DNA of 64,000 bases from Methylophilales bacterium (GTDB taxonomy: Bacteria > Pseudomonadota > Gammaproteobacteria > Burkholderiales > Methylophilaceae). The notes beneath the pieces are model-generated. The model was given only the letters and a program-made list of their open reading frames with translations. It was not told where the DNA came from and ran no database searches. This document shows positions 10,183 through 19,129 of the stretch, in pieces. The stretch covers positions 2,631 to 66,630 of the forward strand of contig JAIOOY010000017.1 in assembly GCA_021414145.1 (NCBI GenBank). Direction: 5' to 3'. Position 1 is the first letter of the stretch. Every line of letters starts with the position of its first letter. The position numbers and the translations under genes were made by a program.

Positions 10183-11703
10183 TTGAAGCAGATGAAAAAC
10201 GACTACCCAGAAAAAATACGTGCAGCGCGCGTTTATGACGTGGCAATTAAAACCCCATTGGAATATGCACCGCAATTGTCGCAGCGCATAGGCAACCGAT
10301 TGCTGCTCAAGCGCGAAGATATGCAACCTGTGTTTTCCTTCAAGCTGCGTGGCGCTTATAACAAAATGGCGCATTTGACTGAAGTTGAACGTAATCGTGG
10401 GGTGATTTGCGCTTCGGCTGGTAATCACGCACAAGGCGTGGCCTTGGCCGCGCAAAAACTGGGTTGCCGAGCGGTGATTGTGATGCCTACTACCACACCG
10501 CAGATCAAGGTGGATGCGGTTAAGCGTCGCGGCGCAGAGGTGCTGCTAGTCGGTGATTCATACGATGAAGCCAGTAACCACGCCCATGCATTAGCGACAG
10601 AACAGCAACTCACCTATGTGCATCCGTTTGACGACCCAGAGGTCATCTCCGGACAAGGCACTATAGGCATGGAAATTATGCAGCAGCATCCAGAACCAAT
10701 CCACGCCATATTTTGCTGCGTGGGAGGTGGTGGGCTGATCGCTGGTATTGCAGCTTATGTGAAAAGTGTGCGGCCGGAGATCAAGATTATCGGCGTGGAA
10801 GCTGAAGATGCCGACGCCATGACGCAATCGTTGAAAGCCGGAAAACGGATCAAGCTGGAGCAAGTGGGCTTGTTTGCTGATGGCGCTGCGGTCAAGCAAG
10901 TGGGCACAGAAACTTTCCGTCTGTGCCAAGAATTCGTGGATGACATGATAGTGGTGGATAACGATGCCATCTGTGCCGCGATTAAAGACGTGTTTGAAGA
11001 AACCCGCTCCATTCTGGAACCCGCTGGAGCACTAGCCGTGGCCGGTGCTAAAGAATATGCAATGCGTCATAAGCTCAAAAATAAGACGCTGATTGCCATC
11101 GCAAGTGGCGCTAACACAAATTTTGACCGCCTGCGTTTTGTGGCGGAGCGCGCTGAAGTCGGCGAAAAGCGTGAAGCCGTGTTAGCGGTTACCATCCCAG
11201 AAAGCCCCGGTAGCTTCAAGAAATTTTGTGCCTTACTGGGCGCCCGTTCCATCACTGAATTCAATTATCGCTATTCAGACCCTAAAGAGGCGCACGTATT
11301 TGTTGGCGTGAAGATAACCAAGCGACAAGAAGCACATAATCTGGTGGAATCATTACGCAAACACGGATTGGAAACGCTGGACTTGACCGACGACGAAATG
11401 GCTAAGCTGCATATTCGTCATCTGGTCGGAGGACGCGCACCACTAGCCAAACACGAACTGGTATATCGCTTTGAATTTCCCGAACGCCCAGGTGCTTTGA
11501 TGCGATTTCTGGAACATATGAGCAACGGTTGGAACATTTCACTATTCCACTATCGCAACCACGGTGCGGATTACGGACGGGTACTAGTGGGTATGCAAGT
11601 ACCCGATAGTGATAAAAAAGAATTTAAGGCGTTTCTGAAACAACTCGGCTATGTGTACTGGGATGAAAGCAACAACCCTGCATACAAGTTATTTTTGGGT
11701 TAA
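10183..11703 (+). CDS. ilvA: Biosynthetic threonine dehydratase (threonine ammonia-lyase)
   Basis: 506 aa. PLP site SFKLRGAYN, GGGGLIAG, and two C-terminal ACT-like regulatory repeats. Confidence 0.95.
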   Translation: MKQMKNDYPEKIRAARVYDVAIKTPLEYAPQLSQRIGNRLLLKREDMQPVFSFKLRGAYNKMAHLTEVERNRGVICASAGNHAQGVALAAQKLGCRAVIVMPTTTPQIKVDAVKRRGAEVLLVGDSYDEASNHAHALATEQQLTYVHPFDDPEVISGQGTIGMEIMQQHPEPIHAIFCCVGGGGLIAGIAAYVKSVRPEIKIIGVEAEDADAMTQSLKAGKRIKLEQVGLFADGAAVKQVGTETFRLCQEFVDDMIVVDNDAICAAIKDVFEETRSILEPAGALAVAGAKEYAMRHKLKNKTLIAIASGANTNFDRLRFVAERAEVGEKREAVLAVTIPESPGSFKKFCALLGARSITEFNYRYSDPKEAHVFVGVKITKRQEAHNLVESLRKHGLETLDLTDDEMAKLHIRHLVGGRAPLAKHELVYRFEFPERPGALMRFLEHMSNGWNISLFHYRNHGADYGRVLVGMQVPDSDKKEFKAFLKQLGYVYWDESNNPAYKLFLG

Positions 11704-11746
11704 TTTCCTTACTAGACCCTCTTCCCAGCTTTGAAACGGGTGATGA

Positions 11747-11995
11747 TCAACCTTTAGGTCTTCCGGTTTTTAGCTTCTCAACCTCGCTCACTGCTTTTAT
11801 CAGTGATGCATCTGAACATTTCGACAATGCTATCAGCCCAGCTCGCAATAACTCACTTTTTTTAACCTCTATTCCATTTACAAGACACTTTGCTTTGAGC
11901 GTGTCAAGAATGGAATAGTCATCTTCCGGCATGGTAAAGCTGTCACGTACCATTTTCTGCTTAGCAGATTTTTTATCTTTATCATTCATTGCCAT
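11747..11995 (-). CDS. Small conserved hypothetical protein, possibly ribbon-helix-helix-like
   Basis: 82 aa, Lys-rich N-terminus. The core SFTMPEDDYSILDTLKAKCL..KKSELLRAGLIAL resembles small proteins I recall from other Betaproteobacteria. AAGGGG SD before the ATG. Confidence 0.4.
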   Translation of the reverse strand: MAMNDKDKKSAKQKMVRDSFTMPEDDYSILDTLKAKCLVNGIEVKKSELLRAGLIALSKCSDASLIKAVSEVEKLKTGRPKG

Positions 11996-11999
11996 ACCC

Positions 12000-12034
12000 C
12001 TTTATGGTAAATCTGAGTAAAAGATACCATAAAG
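12000..12034 (-). promoter_or_regulatory. Perfect 10-bp inverted repeat (CTTTATGGTA N15 TACCATAAAG) whose proximal arm abuts the SD of the 82-aa gene
   Basis: Read directly: 12000-12009 ctttatggta and 12025-12034 taccataaag. It could be an operator or an RBS-sequestering hairpin. Confidence 0.4.
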
Positions 12035-12260
12035 CCTGCTTGTAACTACGAAGTTTTAGTGCATAAGTGCATAGACATAATTATAAATCGCCGCCCAAAC
12101 ATTTTTTGCGGGTACGACATCATTTTCTTCTTGCGAATTCAAGCGGCCATTATCGTCCGCAATGAGATGCGCCAGATACTTGGGCTGAAAACTGTATAAG
12201 ATTCCATAGTGTTGGTTGCCAATTGGTAACATGCTCGCCTCCTAATTTAAAGTTGAACGA

Positions 12261-12291
12261 TGTAAATCGTATAAACAGAATAAACGATTTA
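12261..12291 (-). terminator. Hairpin (GTAAATCGT N13 ACGATTTAC) downstream of the ThiO-like gene; weak terminator candidate
   Basis: 9-bp perfect inverted repeat about 60 nt past the stop at 12353. There is no clear U-tract, so confidence is low. Confidence 0.25.
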
Positions 12292-12352
12292 CACCGTTAT
12301 GGCAACAAGTATTTAGGAAAGTTTCGGGGCTACTGAAATAAAGTACAGAAAG

Positions 12353-13354
12353 CTAGATTTTTTCTAATAGTAACTGCACCAAATCCTCAGCCGCAGCGGG
12401 TGCCATAGTCACTCCATAGCGAAAATGTCCGGTATTGAGCCATACATTTTCTAGCTGAGGATGCCGTTGAATAACGGGTATATTATCTGGAGAACCTGGG
12501 CGCAAACCGCTCCAATGCTGAATTGCAGAGCATTCTTCTAATGCAGGCAATAGCTTTGAAGCTTTTTGATGCAATGCTTCAGCCGCCGTCTTGGTGGTAG
12601 TTTTATCAAATCCCATGTCTTCTACCGTACTCCCTGCAAGAATATGGCCGTCGCGGCGTGGGATCAAATAAAAATCATCGCAATACAGTATTTCCCTCAG
12701 CAGACCGACAGGTTGTTGATAGAGCAACATCTGACCGCGCATAGGCTTAAGTGCTATATCCAGCGAGTAATCTCCAAGTATGGTTTGGCTCCACGCTCCT
12801 GCGGTGACGACAACGTCTTCGCAGCTTAAAGTTGCACCTTGGCTCGTTCGGAGTTGTGATACACGGTTTTGATTGGGGGTAATAGGGGAAATTTCTGCTT
12901 TAATAACAGGTATTTGATTCATCTCCAGCCAGCATTTCAGCGCTTGCATCAGCCGTGGGTTTCGCACTTGTGCCACATGAGGTAGCCATAACGTGTCATT
13001 TTCCAATGCGAACTCAATTTTATGCTGGGCGCACCATTGCTGCGCAGCGTTTTTGTTGAATGGCGCCAAGATGCGTAAGCCGCTGACGGTGTACTCTGGG
13101 TTGATGCCAGTGGCAGCTGTTAATTCTTCAGAAAGCGCCGGATAATGCGCCGCACCCCTGATTGCTAGCTGATTGACTGGTTCGGTGTAATCCCATGGTA
13201 AGAGCGGTAATAAAACGCCGCCTCCAGCCCAAGAAGACTCTGCACCCAACTCAGCACGTTCAATCAAGGTGACCTGGGCGCCATTTTTGTGCAAGGCCAT
13301 GGTGGTCAAACAGCCTACAATGCCACCGCCTATAACGACAATTTTGCGCTTCAT
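12353..13354 (-). CDS. FAD-dependent oxidoreductase, glycine oxidase ThiO-like
   Basis: 333 aa. N-terminal dinucleotide fold IVVIGGGIVGC and a C-terminal GLRPGSPDNIPV...NTGHFRYGV pattern typical of DAO/ThiO enzymes. Confidence 0.55.
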   Translation of the reverse strand: MKRKIVVIGGGIVGCLTTMALHKNGAQVTLIERAELGAESSWAGGGVLLPLLPWDYTEPVNQLAIRGAAHYPALSEELTAATGINPEYTVSGLRILAPFNKNAAQQWCAQHKIEFALENDTLWLPHVAQVRNPRLMQALKCWLEMNQIPVIKAEISPITPNQNRVSQLRTSQGATLSCEDVVVTAGAWSQTILGDYSLDIALKPMRGQMLLYQQPVGLLREILYCDDFYLIPRRDGHILAGSTVEDMGFDKTTTKTAAEALHQKASKLLPALEECSAIQHWSGLRPGSPDNIPVIQRHPQLENVWLNTGHFRYGVTMAPAAAEDLVQLLLEKI

Positions 13355-15321
13355 TTGCCCGTGAGCAGGCGCTTTTCTGCTCTGACTAGATTGTCTGGGG
13401 TGCCTTGCAATACGACCACATCTCCTTCAATCAGCATGGTTTCTGGAGCCGGATCTAATCCTTTCAGATTACGGCGGCGAATGGAGGTCGCTTGTACTTT
13501 GTATTCTTGCAGCTCCAATTCTGTCAGACGTTTACCGCAAGCAAACGCGGCGGCAGGTAGCGCCACTGAATGCAGGCGTAATTGCTCTTCGTCACGCGCG
13601 TCGAGGTCGTAATCCGACAGCCCATGAAAGAATCCACGAAATAACTGGTAGCGTTCTTCACGAAAAGTGCGGATGCGCTTAACCACTCGGCTCAGTGGTA
13701 CGCCAAGTAACACCAGAGCATGAGAAGCTAGCATCAGGCTACCTTCCAGCACTTCTGGCACCACTTCTGCCGCGCCAGCATCTAAGAACTTTTCCATGGT
13801 AGTTTCGTCTGCGGTACGTACGATGACCGGGATTTGCGGATAGTGCTCTTGCATGACATGCAGCACCTTCATCGAGGCTTGCGTATCGGCATAGCTGATG
13901 ACCATGGCTTTAGCGCGAGCTGCTCCTGCGGCTTGTAGCACCACGCGCCGCCCTGCGTCGCCATACACCACATTATCGCCAGCAGTGGCGGCTTCACGCA
14001 CCCGTTCCGGGTCTATATCCAACGCAATAAAAGGAATGTTTTCTTGGATCATAAAGCGCGATAGATATTGTCCACTGCGGCCATAACCGCAGATGATGAC
14101 ATGGTCTTTTAGGTGTTGGCCGATATGTTCGATGCCTTGTACCCAGCGTTCACGGTTGCCTTTATAGCTAGGAGAGAGTGCGGTGGCAATCTTGCCGTTA
14201 TATTGGATAATAAAAGGAGCCACCACCATAGACAGCAACGAGGCTGCTAGCACTGTTTGCATCGCTGCGCCGCCGATAAGTCCGTATTCGCTGCCTTGTG
14301 CCAGAATCACAAAACTGAATTCGCCCGCCTGCGCCAACATAATGCCGGTACGTATCGCCACATCGGTTTGATGTTTGAATGATCGGATTAATAGCGTGAT
14401 AAGTAAGGCCTTGAGCGTTACAAACGTCACCAATAGCAATAACACCCAGATAAGGTTGTCCATCAACAACCGTAAATTGAGCAACATGCCCACCGTGATA
14501 AAGAATAATCCCAGTAAAATATCGCGGAACGGTGCGATGTCCGATTCCACTTGATAACGATAGCGAGTTTCTGAAATCAACATACCTGCGATAAATGCGC
14601 CCAAAGCATAGGACAGCCCGGCGTATTTGGTGGCGAAAGCAAGTAACAAAGTCACCATTAACACGTTCATCACGAACAATTCACGCGATTGTTGGCGTGC
14701 GATTAGATCGAACCATGGGCTGATAACCGATTTTCCAAAAATAAGTAACAGGGCCAAGGTGAAAATAATCTTTATCAAAGACCAACCCAGCATGGTCGTC
14801 AATTGATTGCTAGGTTCAGCAAAAGCGGGGATGAGAATTAGCAATGGCACCACGATAATGTCTTGGAACAGCAACATCCCCATCAACAGCCGTCCGTGGC
14901 GTGAGCCTAATTCGGTCTTTTCCACCAGCATCTTAGAAACAATTGCGGTCGAAGACATGGTAAGCGCCCCTGCCACTACAAAAGCCGCTCGCCAATCGAG
15001 GCCAAAAGCTATCGCCGCAGCCATGACCAACAGAATGGTTAAAACCACTTGCAAGCCCCCCAAGCCAAATACCGTGCGGCGCATAGCATAAAGTTGGGGC
15101 AGACTAAACTCTAGTCCGATACTAAACATCAGAAACACCACGCCGAACTCAGCCAACTCGCGGCTGGCTTCATTGTCAGGCAACAAACCAAAGGCAAAAG
15201 GACCCAGCGCTAGGCCAATTAAGAAATAGGCCAGCATCGAGGGTAACCGTAACAGGTGAAACAAGCCTACCGCAATCACCGCGCTGATGAGCAGAAGTAA
15301 AATGATTTGTAGAGAATGCAT
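13351..15321 (-). CDS. Monovalent cation:proton antiporter-2 (CPA2) family K+ efflux protein with RCK/TrkA domains (KefB/YbaL-like)
   Basis: 656 aa. About 12 TM helices followed by a Rossmann motif ICGYGRSGQ and a TrkA-C-like tail. Confidence 0.8.
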   Translation of the reverse strand: MHSLQIILLLLISAVIAVGLFHLLRLPSMLAYFLIGLALGPFAFGLLPDNEASRELAEFGVVFLMFSIGLEFSLPQLYAMRRTVFGLGGLQVVLTILLVMAAAIAFGLDWRAAFVVAGALTMSSTAIVSKMLVEKTELGSRHGRLLMGMLLFQDIIVVPLLILIPAFAEPSNQLTTMLGWSLIKIIFTLALLLIFGKSVISPWFDLIARQQSRELFVMNVLMVTLLLAFATKYAGLSYALGAFIAGMLISETRYRYQVESDIAPFRDILLGLFFITVGMLLNLRLLMDNLIWVLLLLVTFVTLKALLITLLIRSFKHQTDVAIRTGIMLAQAGEFSFVILAQGSEYGLIGGAAMQTVLAASLLSMVVAPFIIQYNGKIATALSPSYKGNRERWVQGIEHIGQHLKDHVIICGYGRSGQYLSRFMIQENIPFIALDIDPERVREAATAGDNVVYGDAGRRVVLQAAGAARAKAMVISYADTQASMKVLHVMQEHYPQIPVIVRTADETTMEKFLDAGAAEVVPEVLEGSLMLASHALVLLGVPLSRVVKRIRTFREERYQLFRGFFHGLSDYDLDARDEEQLRLHSVALPAAAFACGKRLTELELQEYKVQATSIRRRNLKGLDPAPETMLIEGDVVVLQGTPDNLVRAEKRLLTGK

Positions 15322-15399
15322 AGTTTTTAGTCTGAGCTAGAGAGCAATTTTTATGCCGACCTTTATCCGGCGGCGTTTCCCTTTTATACTTGGGGTGTT

Positions 15400-16383
15400 A
15401 TGACTATCTTAAAAACCAGTTCCCACGGCTTAGCGCTTGCGCGTGAAGTGTTGCAAGTTGAAGCACGCGAGGTTGAGGCACTCGCCGCGCGGCTGGATGC
15501 CAACTTCCAGCGCGCCGTTGAACTCATTCTACAATGCCGTGGGCGGGTCGTGGTGAGCGGTATGGGTAAAAGCGGACATATCGCCAACAAAATTGCTGCT
15601 ACCCTTTCCAGCACTGGAACTCCGTCATTTTTCATGCATCCGGCAGAAGCCAGTCACGGTGACGTGGGTATGATGACAGGAGATGATGTGGTGTTGATGC
15701 TCTCCAACTCCGGCGAGGGCGACGAGCTACTCACCATAGTCCCTGCCGTCAAACGAATGGGAGCCAAGTTGATTAGTATGACCGGCAACCCCAACTCTAC
15801 TTTGGCTAAGCAATCAGAGGTACATTTGGACGCTGCGGTATCTCAAGAGGCCTGCCCTTTGGGGCTGGCGCCGACCGCCAGCACCACAGCAGCACTGGCT
15901 CTGGGGGATGCGCTGGCGGTTGTGTTGCTGGATGCGCGAGGATTTAGCGCTGATGATTTTGCCCGTTCTCATCCGGCGGGCGCACTAGGGCGTAGGCTAC
16001 TGATACATGTTTCTGATGTAATGCGGGTCAAGGAGGCGATTCCAAAGGTGGGCGAAGACGCTTCATTTTCGCAAGCGCTATTGGAAATGACCAAAAAAGG
16101 GTTGGGCATGACTGCAGTAGTCAACGCTAAAGGCGCGCCAGTGGGTATTTTGACAGATGGCGATTTACGCCGATTGTTTGAAAAAGGTCTTGATTTTAAC
16201 ACCGCCACTATCGCCACCACCATGCACGCCAATCCTCAGACCATATTGCCCAATCGCTTGGCGGTAGAAGCTGTGGAATTGATGGAAGAGCGCAAAATCA
16301 ATGGCTTGCTGGTAGTAGACGCTCAAGGCGCGTTAGTGGGCGCACTCAATATGCACGATCTACTCAGGGCGAAAGTAGTATGA
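15400..16383 (+). CDS. kdsD: Arabinose-5-phosphate isomerase (KdsD/KpsF)
   Basis: 327 aa. SIS domain (GMGKSGHIANKIAATLSSTGTPSFF) plus tandem CBS domains. Confidence 0.9.
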   Translation: MTILKTSSHGLALAREVLQVEAREVEALAARLDANFQRAVELILQCRGRVVVSGMGKSGHIANKIAATLSSTGTPSFFMHPAEASHGDVGMMTGDDVVLMLSNSGEGDELLTIVPAVKRMGAKLISMTGNPNSTLAKQSEVHLDAAVSQEACPLGLAPTASTTAALALGDALAVVLLDARGFSADDFARSHPAGALGRRLLIHVSDVMRVKEAIPKVGEDASFSQALLEMTKKGLGMTAVVNAKGAPVGILTDGDLRRLFEKGLDFNTATIATTMHANPQTILPNRLAVEAVELMEERKINGLLVVDAQGALVGALNMHDLLRAKVV

Positions 16384-16901
16384 CTCTCGAACAACGCGCG
16401 CAGCGTATCAAACTGGTGATATTTGACGTGGACGGTGTGATGACCGACGGGCGGCTCATCATAGGCGACGACGGTTTGGAATATAAGTGCTTTAATACGC
16501 AGGATGGCTTGGGCATGAAGTTGCTCAAGGCGACAGGCGTTGATATGGCGATTATCACCGGACGCACCTCCAAGGTGGTTACCCAGCGCGCTGAGAGCAC
16601 GGGTGTCAGTTATTTTTATCAGGGCGTGGACGACAAGCTGCTAGCGTTTGAGGAATTAATGAAAGAAACGGGCTTGCAACCGGATCAATGTGCCTTTATG
16701 GGCGATGACGTGGTGGATTTGCCACCCATGCGCCGTGCGGGTTTGGCGCTAACAGTGCCGCAAGCGCATGATCTAGTAAAGCAGCACGCCCACTACATCA
16801 CCACGCTGCAAGCGGGACAGGGCGCGGTGCGCGAGGTGTGTGAGCTGATTATGCGCACGCAAGGAACACTGGATAGTCAGCTAGCCCAGTTTTTGCGTTA
16901 G
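16380..16901 (+). CDS. kdsC: 3-deoxy-D-manno-octulosonate-8-phosphate phosphatase
   Basis: 173 aa. HAD motif VIFDVDGVMTDG, with GDDVVDLP later. 4-nt overlap with kdsD. Confidence 0.9.
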   Translation: MTLEQRAQRIKLVIFDVDGVMTDGRLIIGDDGLEYKCFNTQDGLGMKLLKATGVDMAIITGRTSKVVTQRAESTGVSYFYQGVDDKLLAFEELMKETGLQPDQCAFMGDDVVDLPPMRRAGLALTVPQAHDLVKQHAHYITTLQAGQGAVREVCELIMRTQGTLDSQLAQFLR

Positions 16902-16910
16902 TCTTAAGCG

Positions 16911-17861
16911 ATGAAAGGTATTCCTGCGATTTGGTTTGGGCTGATGTTGTTGGCCTTGCTAACAGCGCTTACTTTTTGGATAGATAAGGTAGCTGAGCCG
17001 CCTGCTGCTAAGCGCGATGGCAGCACTCGTCATGACCCGGATTACATCGTGAACAATTTTTCGACTTTGCGTACCAATGGGTTCGGTAACCCGCGATACA
17101 AGCTGGAAGGTGCTGAAATGCGGCATTTCCCTGATGATGATAGTACAGAATTGACCAAGCCACGTTTCAGTTTGTACAGCTTCAAAAAACCAACGACTGA
17201 GATTATTGCGGATCGAGGGCAGGTGTCTGCCAATGGTGAAAACGTGTATTTCATGGATAATGTGAAGGTAGTGCGTGCGGCAACGCAACGCAAAGCGGAA
17301 TTGACCATGGTCACGGATTATCTGCACATTGTTCCGGATCAGGATTTGGCAAAAACTGATCATCCCGTAACCATATTGCAAGCGCCCCACACAGTAATTC
17401 GTGGCAATGCAATGCAGTTTTATAAAAAACAAGGTATTTTGAACCTGCAAGGCCATGTCAGAGTGCATTATGTGCGACCTGACACTCCGCCTAGCAAGGC
17501 GTTAACCATAGAACAAGTGGCGGGGTCGCAGCCGCGCTTGATGCCTAGAAAGTCGGTAGTGCAGCCGCAATTGGATAGCTTGGTACCAACGCCAGCATCA
17601 AAAGGTGCAGTTCCAGTAAAGGCGAATCCGCAGGTGAATAAATTGGAACTTACTGCGCCGTTGCAAGCGCCAACAGCTCAACCAGCAAAAGAGGAGCAAC
17701 CAAAAGCTGTAAGCTCAACTCAGGCAGAGAAACAAAAGGTAAAGAAACATAAGGGTAAGAAGAATGCAAAAACAGACACTCAGGCCAAGTCCAGCAAGCC
17801 TAAGCCCACTCAAGCAAAGAAAAGTAAGGCAAGAATCCGGAGGCAATATGAAAATCCATAA
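16911..17861 (+). CDS. lptC: LPS export protein LptC with a long basic low-complexity C-terminal extension
   Basis: 316 aa. N-terminal TM anchor, then an LptC-like beta-jellyroll region (HDPDYIVNNF...YKLEGAEMRHFPDD...). The position between kdsC and lptA supports the call. The last ~125 aa are Pro/Lys/Gln/Ala-rich. Confidence 0.7.
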   Translation: MKGIPAIWFGLMLLALLTALTFWIDKVAEPPAAKRDGSTRHDPDYIVNNFSTLRTNGFGNPRYKLEGAEMRHFPDDDSTELTKPRFSLYSFKKPTTEIIADRGQVSANGENVYFMDNVKVVRAATQRKAELTMVTDYLHIVPDQDLAKTDHPVTILQAPHTVIRGNAMQFYKKQGILNLQGHVRVHYVRPDTPPSKALTIEQVAGSQPRLMPRKSVVQPQLDSLVPTPASKGAVPVKANPQVNKLELTAPLQAPTAQPAKEEQPKAVSSTQAEKQKVKKHKGKKNAKTDTQAKSSKPKPTQAKKSKARIRRQYENP

Positions 17862-18408
17862 ATTAACATTAGCGCTGTGGCTGGCAATCGTGCTGTTTAG
17901 CGGTGTAGCGCAAGCGGAAAAGGCCGATCGAGACAAACCGATAGACATTGAGGCCGACAATTTATCGGTGAATGACGCTAAAAAAACCAGTGTTTATACC
18001 GGCAACGTGATTTTAACCAAAGGCACGCTGGAAATTCATGCCGACAAGCTTATCGTACGTGAGGACGCTGAAGGCTTCCAGCACAGCACGTCCACCGGCA
18101 ACCCCACCACCTTCAAACAAAAAATGGAGGGTAAACCGCAGTATATTCAAGGCAGTGGTTTACGAATTGAATACGATGGCCGTGTAGACAAAGTGCAGAT
18201 TTATGAAAAAGCTTGGTTCAAACGTGGTGAAGATGTGGTGAATGGCGATTACATCATGTATGACGCCAGCTCAGAATACGCCGAAGTGTTGAGTAATAAG
18301 CAAACAGCGACATCTAATACCAGCAAGGGTCGTGTGCACGCTACCATCCAGCCGAAAAAGGCCATCGTACCAACAGTAGATGGTACATCAGTGAAGTCGG
18401 GTGAATGA
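17848..18408 (+). CDS. lptA: LPS export periplasmic protein LptA
   Basis: I moved the start from the track's 17764 to ATG 17848, which sits behind GGAGG. This gives the signal peptide [23 protein letters not shown], followed by PIDIEADNL...TGNV OstA-like repeats. Confidence 0.85.
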   Translation: MKIHKLTLALWLAIVLFSGVAQAEKADRDKPIDIEADNLSVNDAKKTSVYTGNVILTKGTLEIHADKLIVREDAEGFQHSTSTGNPTTFKQKMEGKPQYIQGSGLRIEYDGRVDKVQIYEKAWFKRGEDVVNGDYIMYDASSEYAEVLSNKQTATSNTSKGRVHATIQPKKAIVPTVDGTSVKSGE

Positions 18409-19127
18409 GCGAACTTAAAGTAGAAGGCCTAAAAAAGCGCTTCAAGGCGCGCACCGTGATTCACGATATTTCGGTCAGCATTTCTAGCGGCGAAGTAGTG
18501 GGTTTGCTGGGTCCGAATGGCGCGGGCAAGACCACCAGCTTCTACATGATGGTGGGTTTGGTACCACTGGATGGTGGGCGCATCACCATGGATGGCGTGG
18601 ATTTAGGGCACTTGCCTGTGCATAGACGCTCACGTATGGGTCTGTCGTACCTGCCGCAAGAGCCGTCCATATTCCGCAAATTGACGGTGGCGGAAAACAT
18701 ATTGGCTATTCTTGAGCTGCAGCACTTGCTACCACTGCAAATGGAGTCAAAATTAGAGTCATTGCTGTTGGATTTACATATTTCGCACTTACGACATAGT
18801 CCTGCGGTGAGCCTATCGGGAGGTGAACGGCGACGAGTGGAAATCGCACGCTGTTTGGCCAGCAATCCGCGCTTTATCTTGCTGGATGAGCCATTTGCCG
18901 GGATTGATCCGATTGCGGTGATTGATATTCAAAAAATCATCAAATTTTTAAAAGAAAAAGGTATCGGTGTACTAATTACCGACCACAATGTGCGTGAAAC
19001 CTTGGGCATTTGCGACCGCGCTTATATTGTGAATGATGGACGCGTGCTGGCAGCGGGGCGGCCAGCAGACATTATCCAAAATGAGAGCGTGCGCGAAGTA
19101 TATCTAGGGAAGAATTTCAGGTTATAA
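18405..19127 (+). CDS. lptB: LPS export ABC transporter ATP-binding protein LptB
   Basis: 240 aa. Walker [10 protein letters not shown], signature [13 protein letters not shown], Walker [10 protein letters not shown]. Confidence 0.95.
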   Translation: MSELKVEGLKKRFKARTVIHDISVSISSGEVVGLLGPNGAGKTTSFYMMVGLVPLDGGRITMDGVDLGHLPVHRRSRMGLSYLPQEPSIFRKLTVAENILAILELQHLLPLQMESKLESLLLDLHISHLRHSPAVSLSGGERRRVEIARCLASNPRFILLDEPFAGIDPIAVIDIQKIIKFLKEKGIGVLITDHNVRETLGICDRAYIVNDGRVLAAGRPADIIQNESVREVYLGKNFRL

Positions 19128-19129
19128 CT

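Noticed and set aside
12139-12231. A 30-codon ORF with a near-perfect SD (AGGAGG).
   Set aside because: It is too short and has no recognisable sequence. I first misread it as 58 codons by accidentally inserting a base. I keep it only as a possible frameshifted remnant (see the finding for 11747..12291), not as a gene call.
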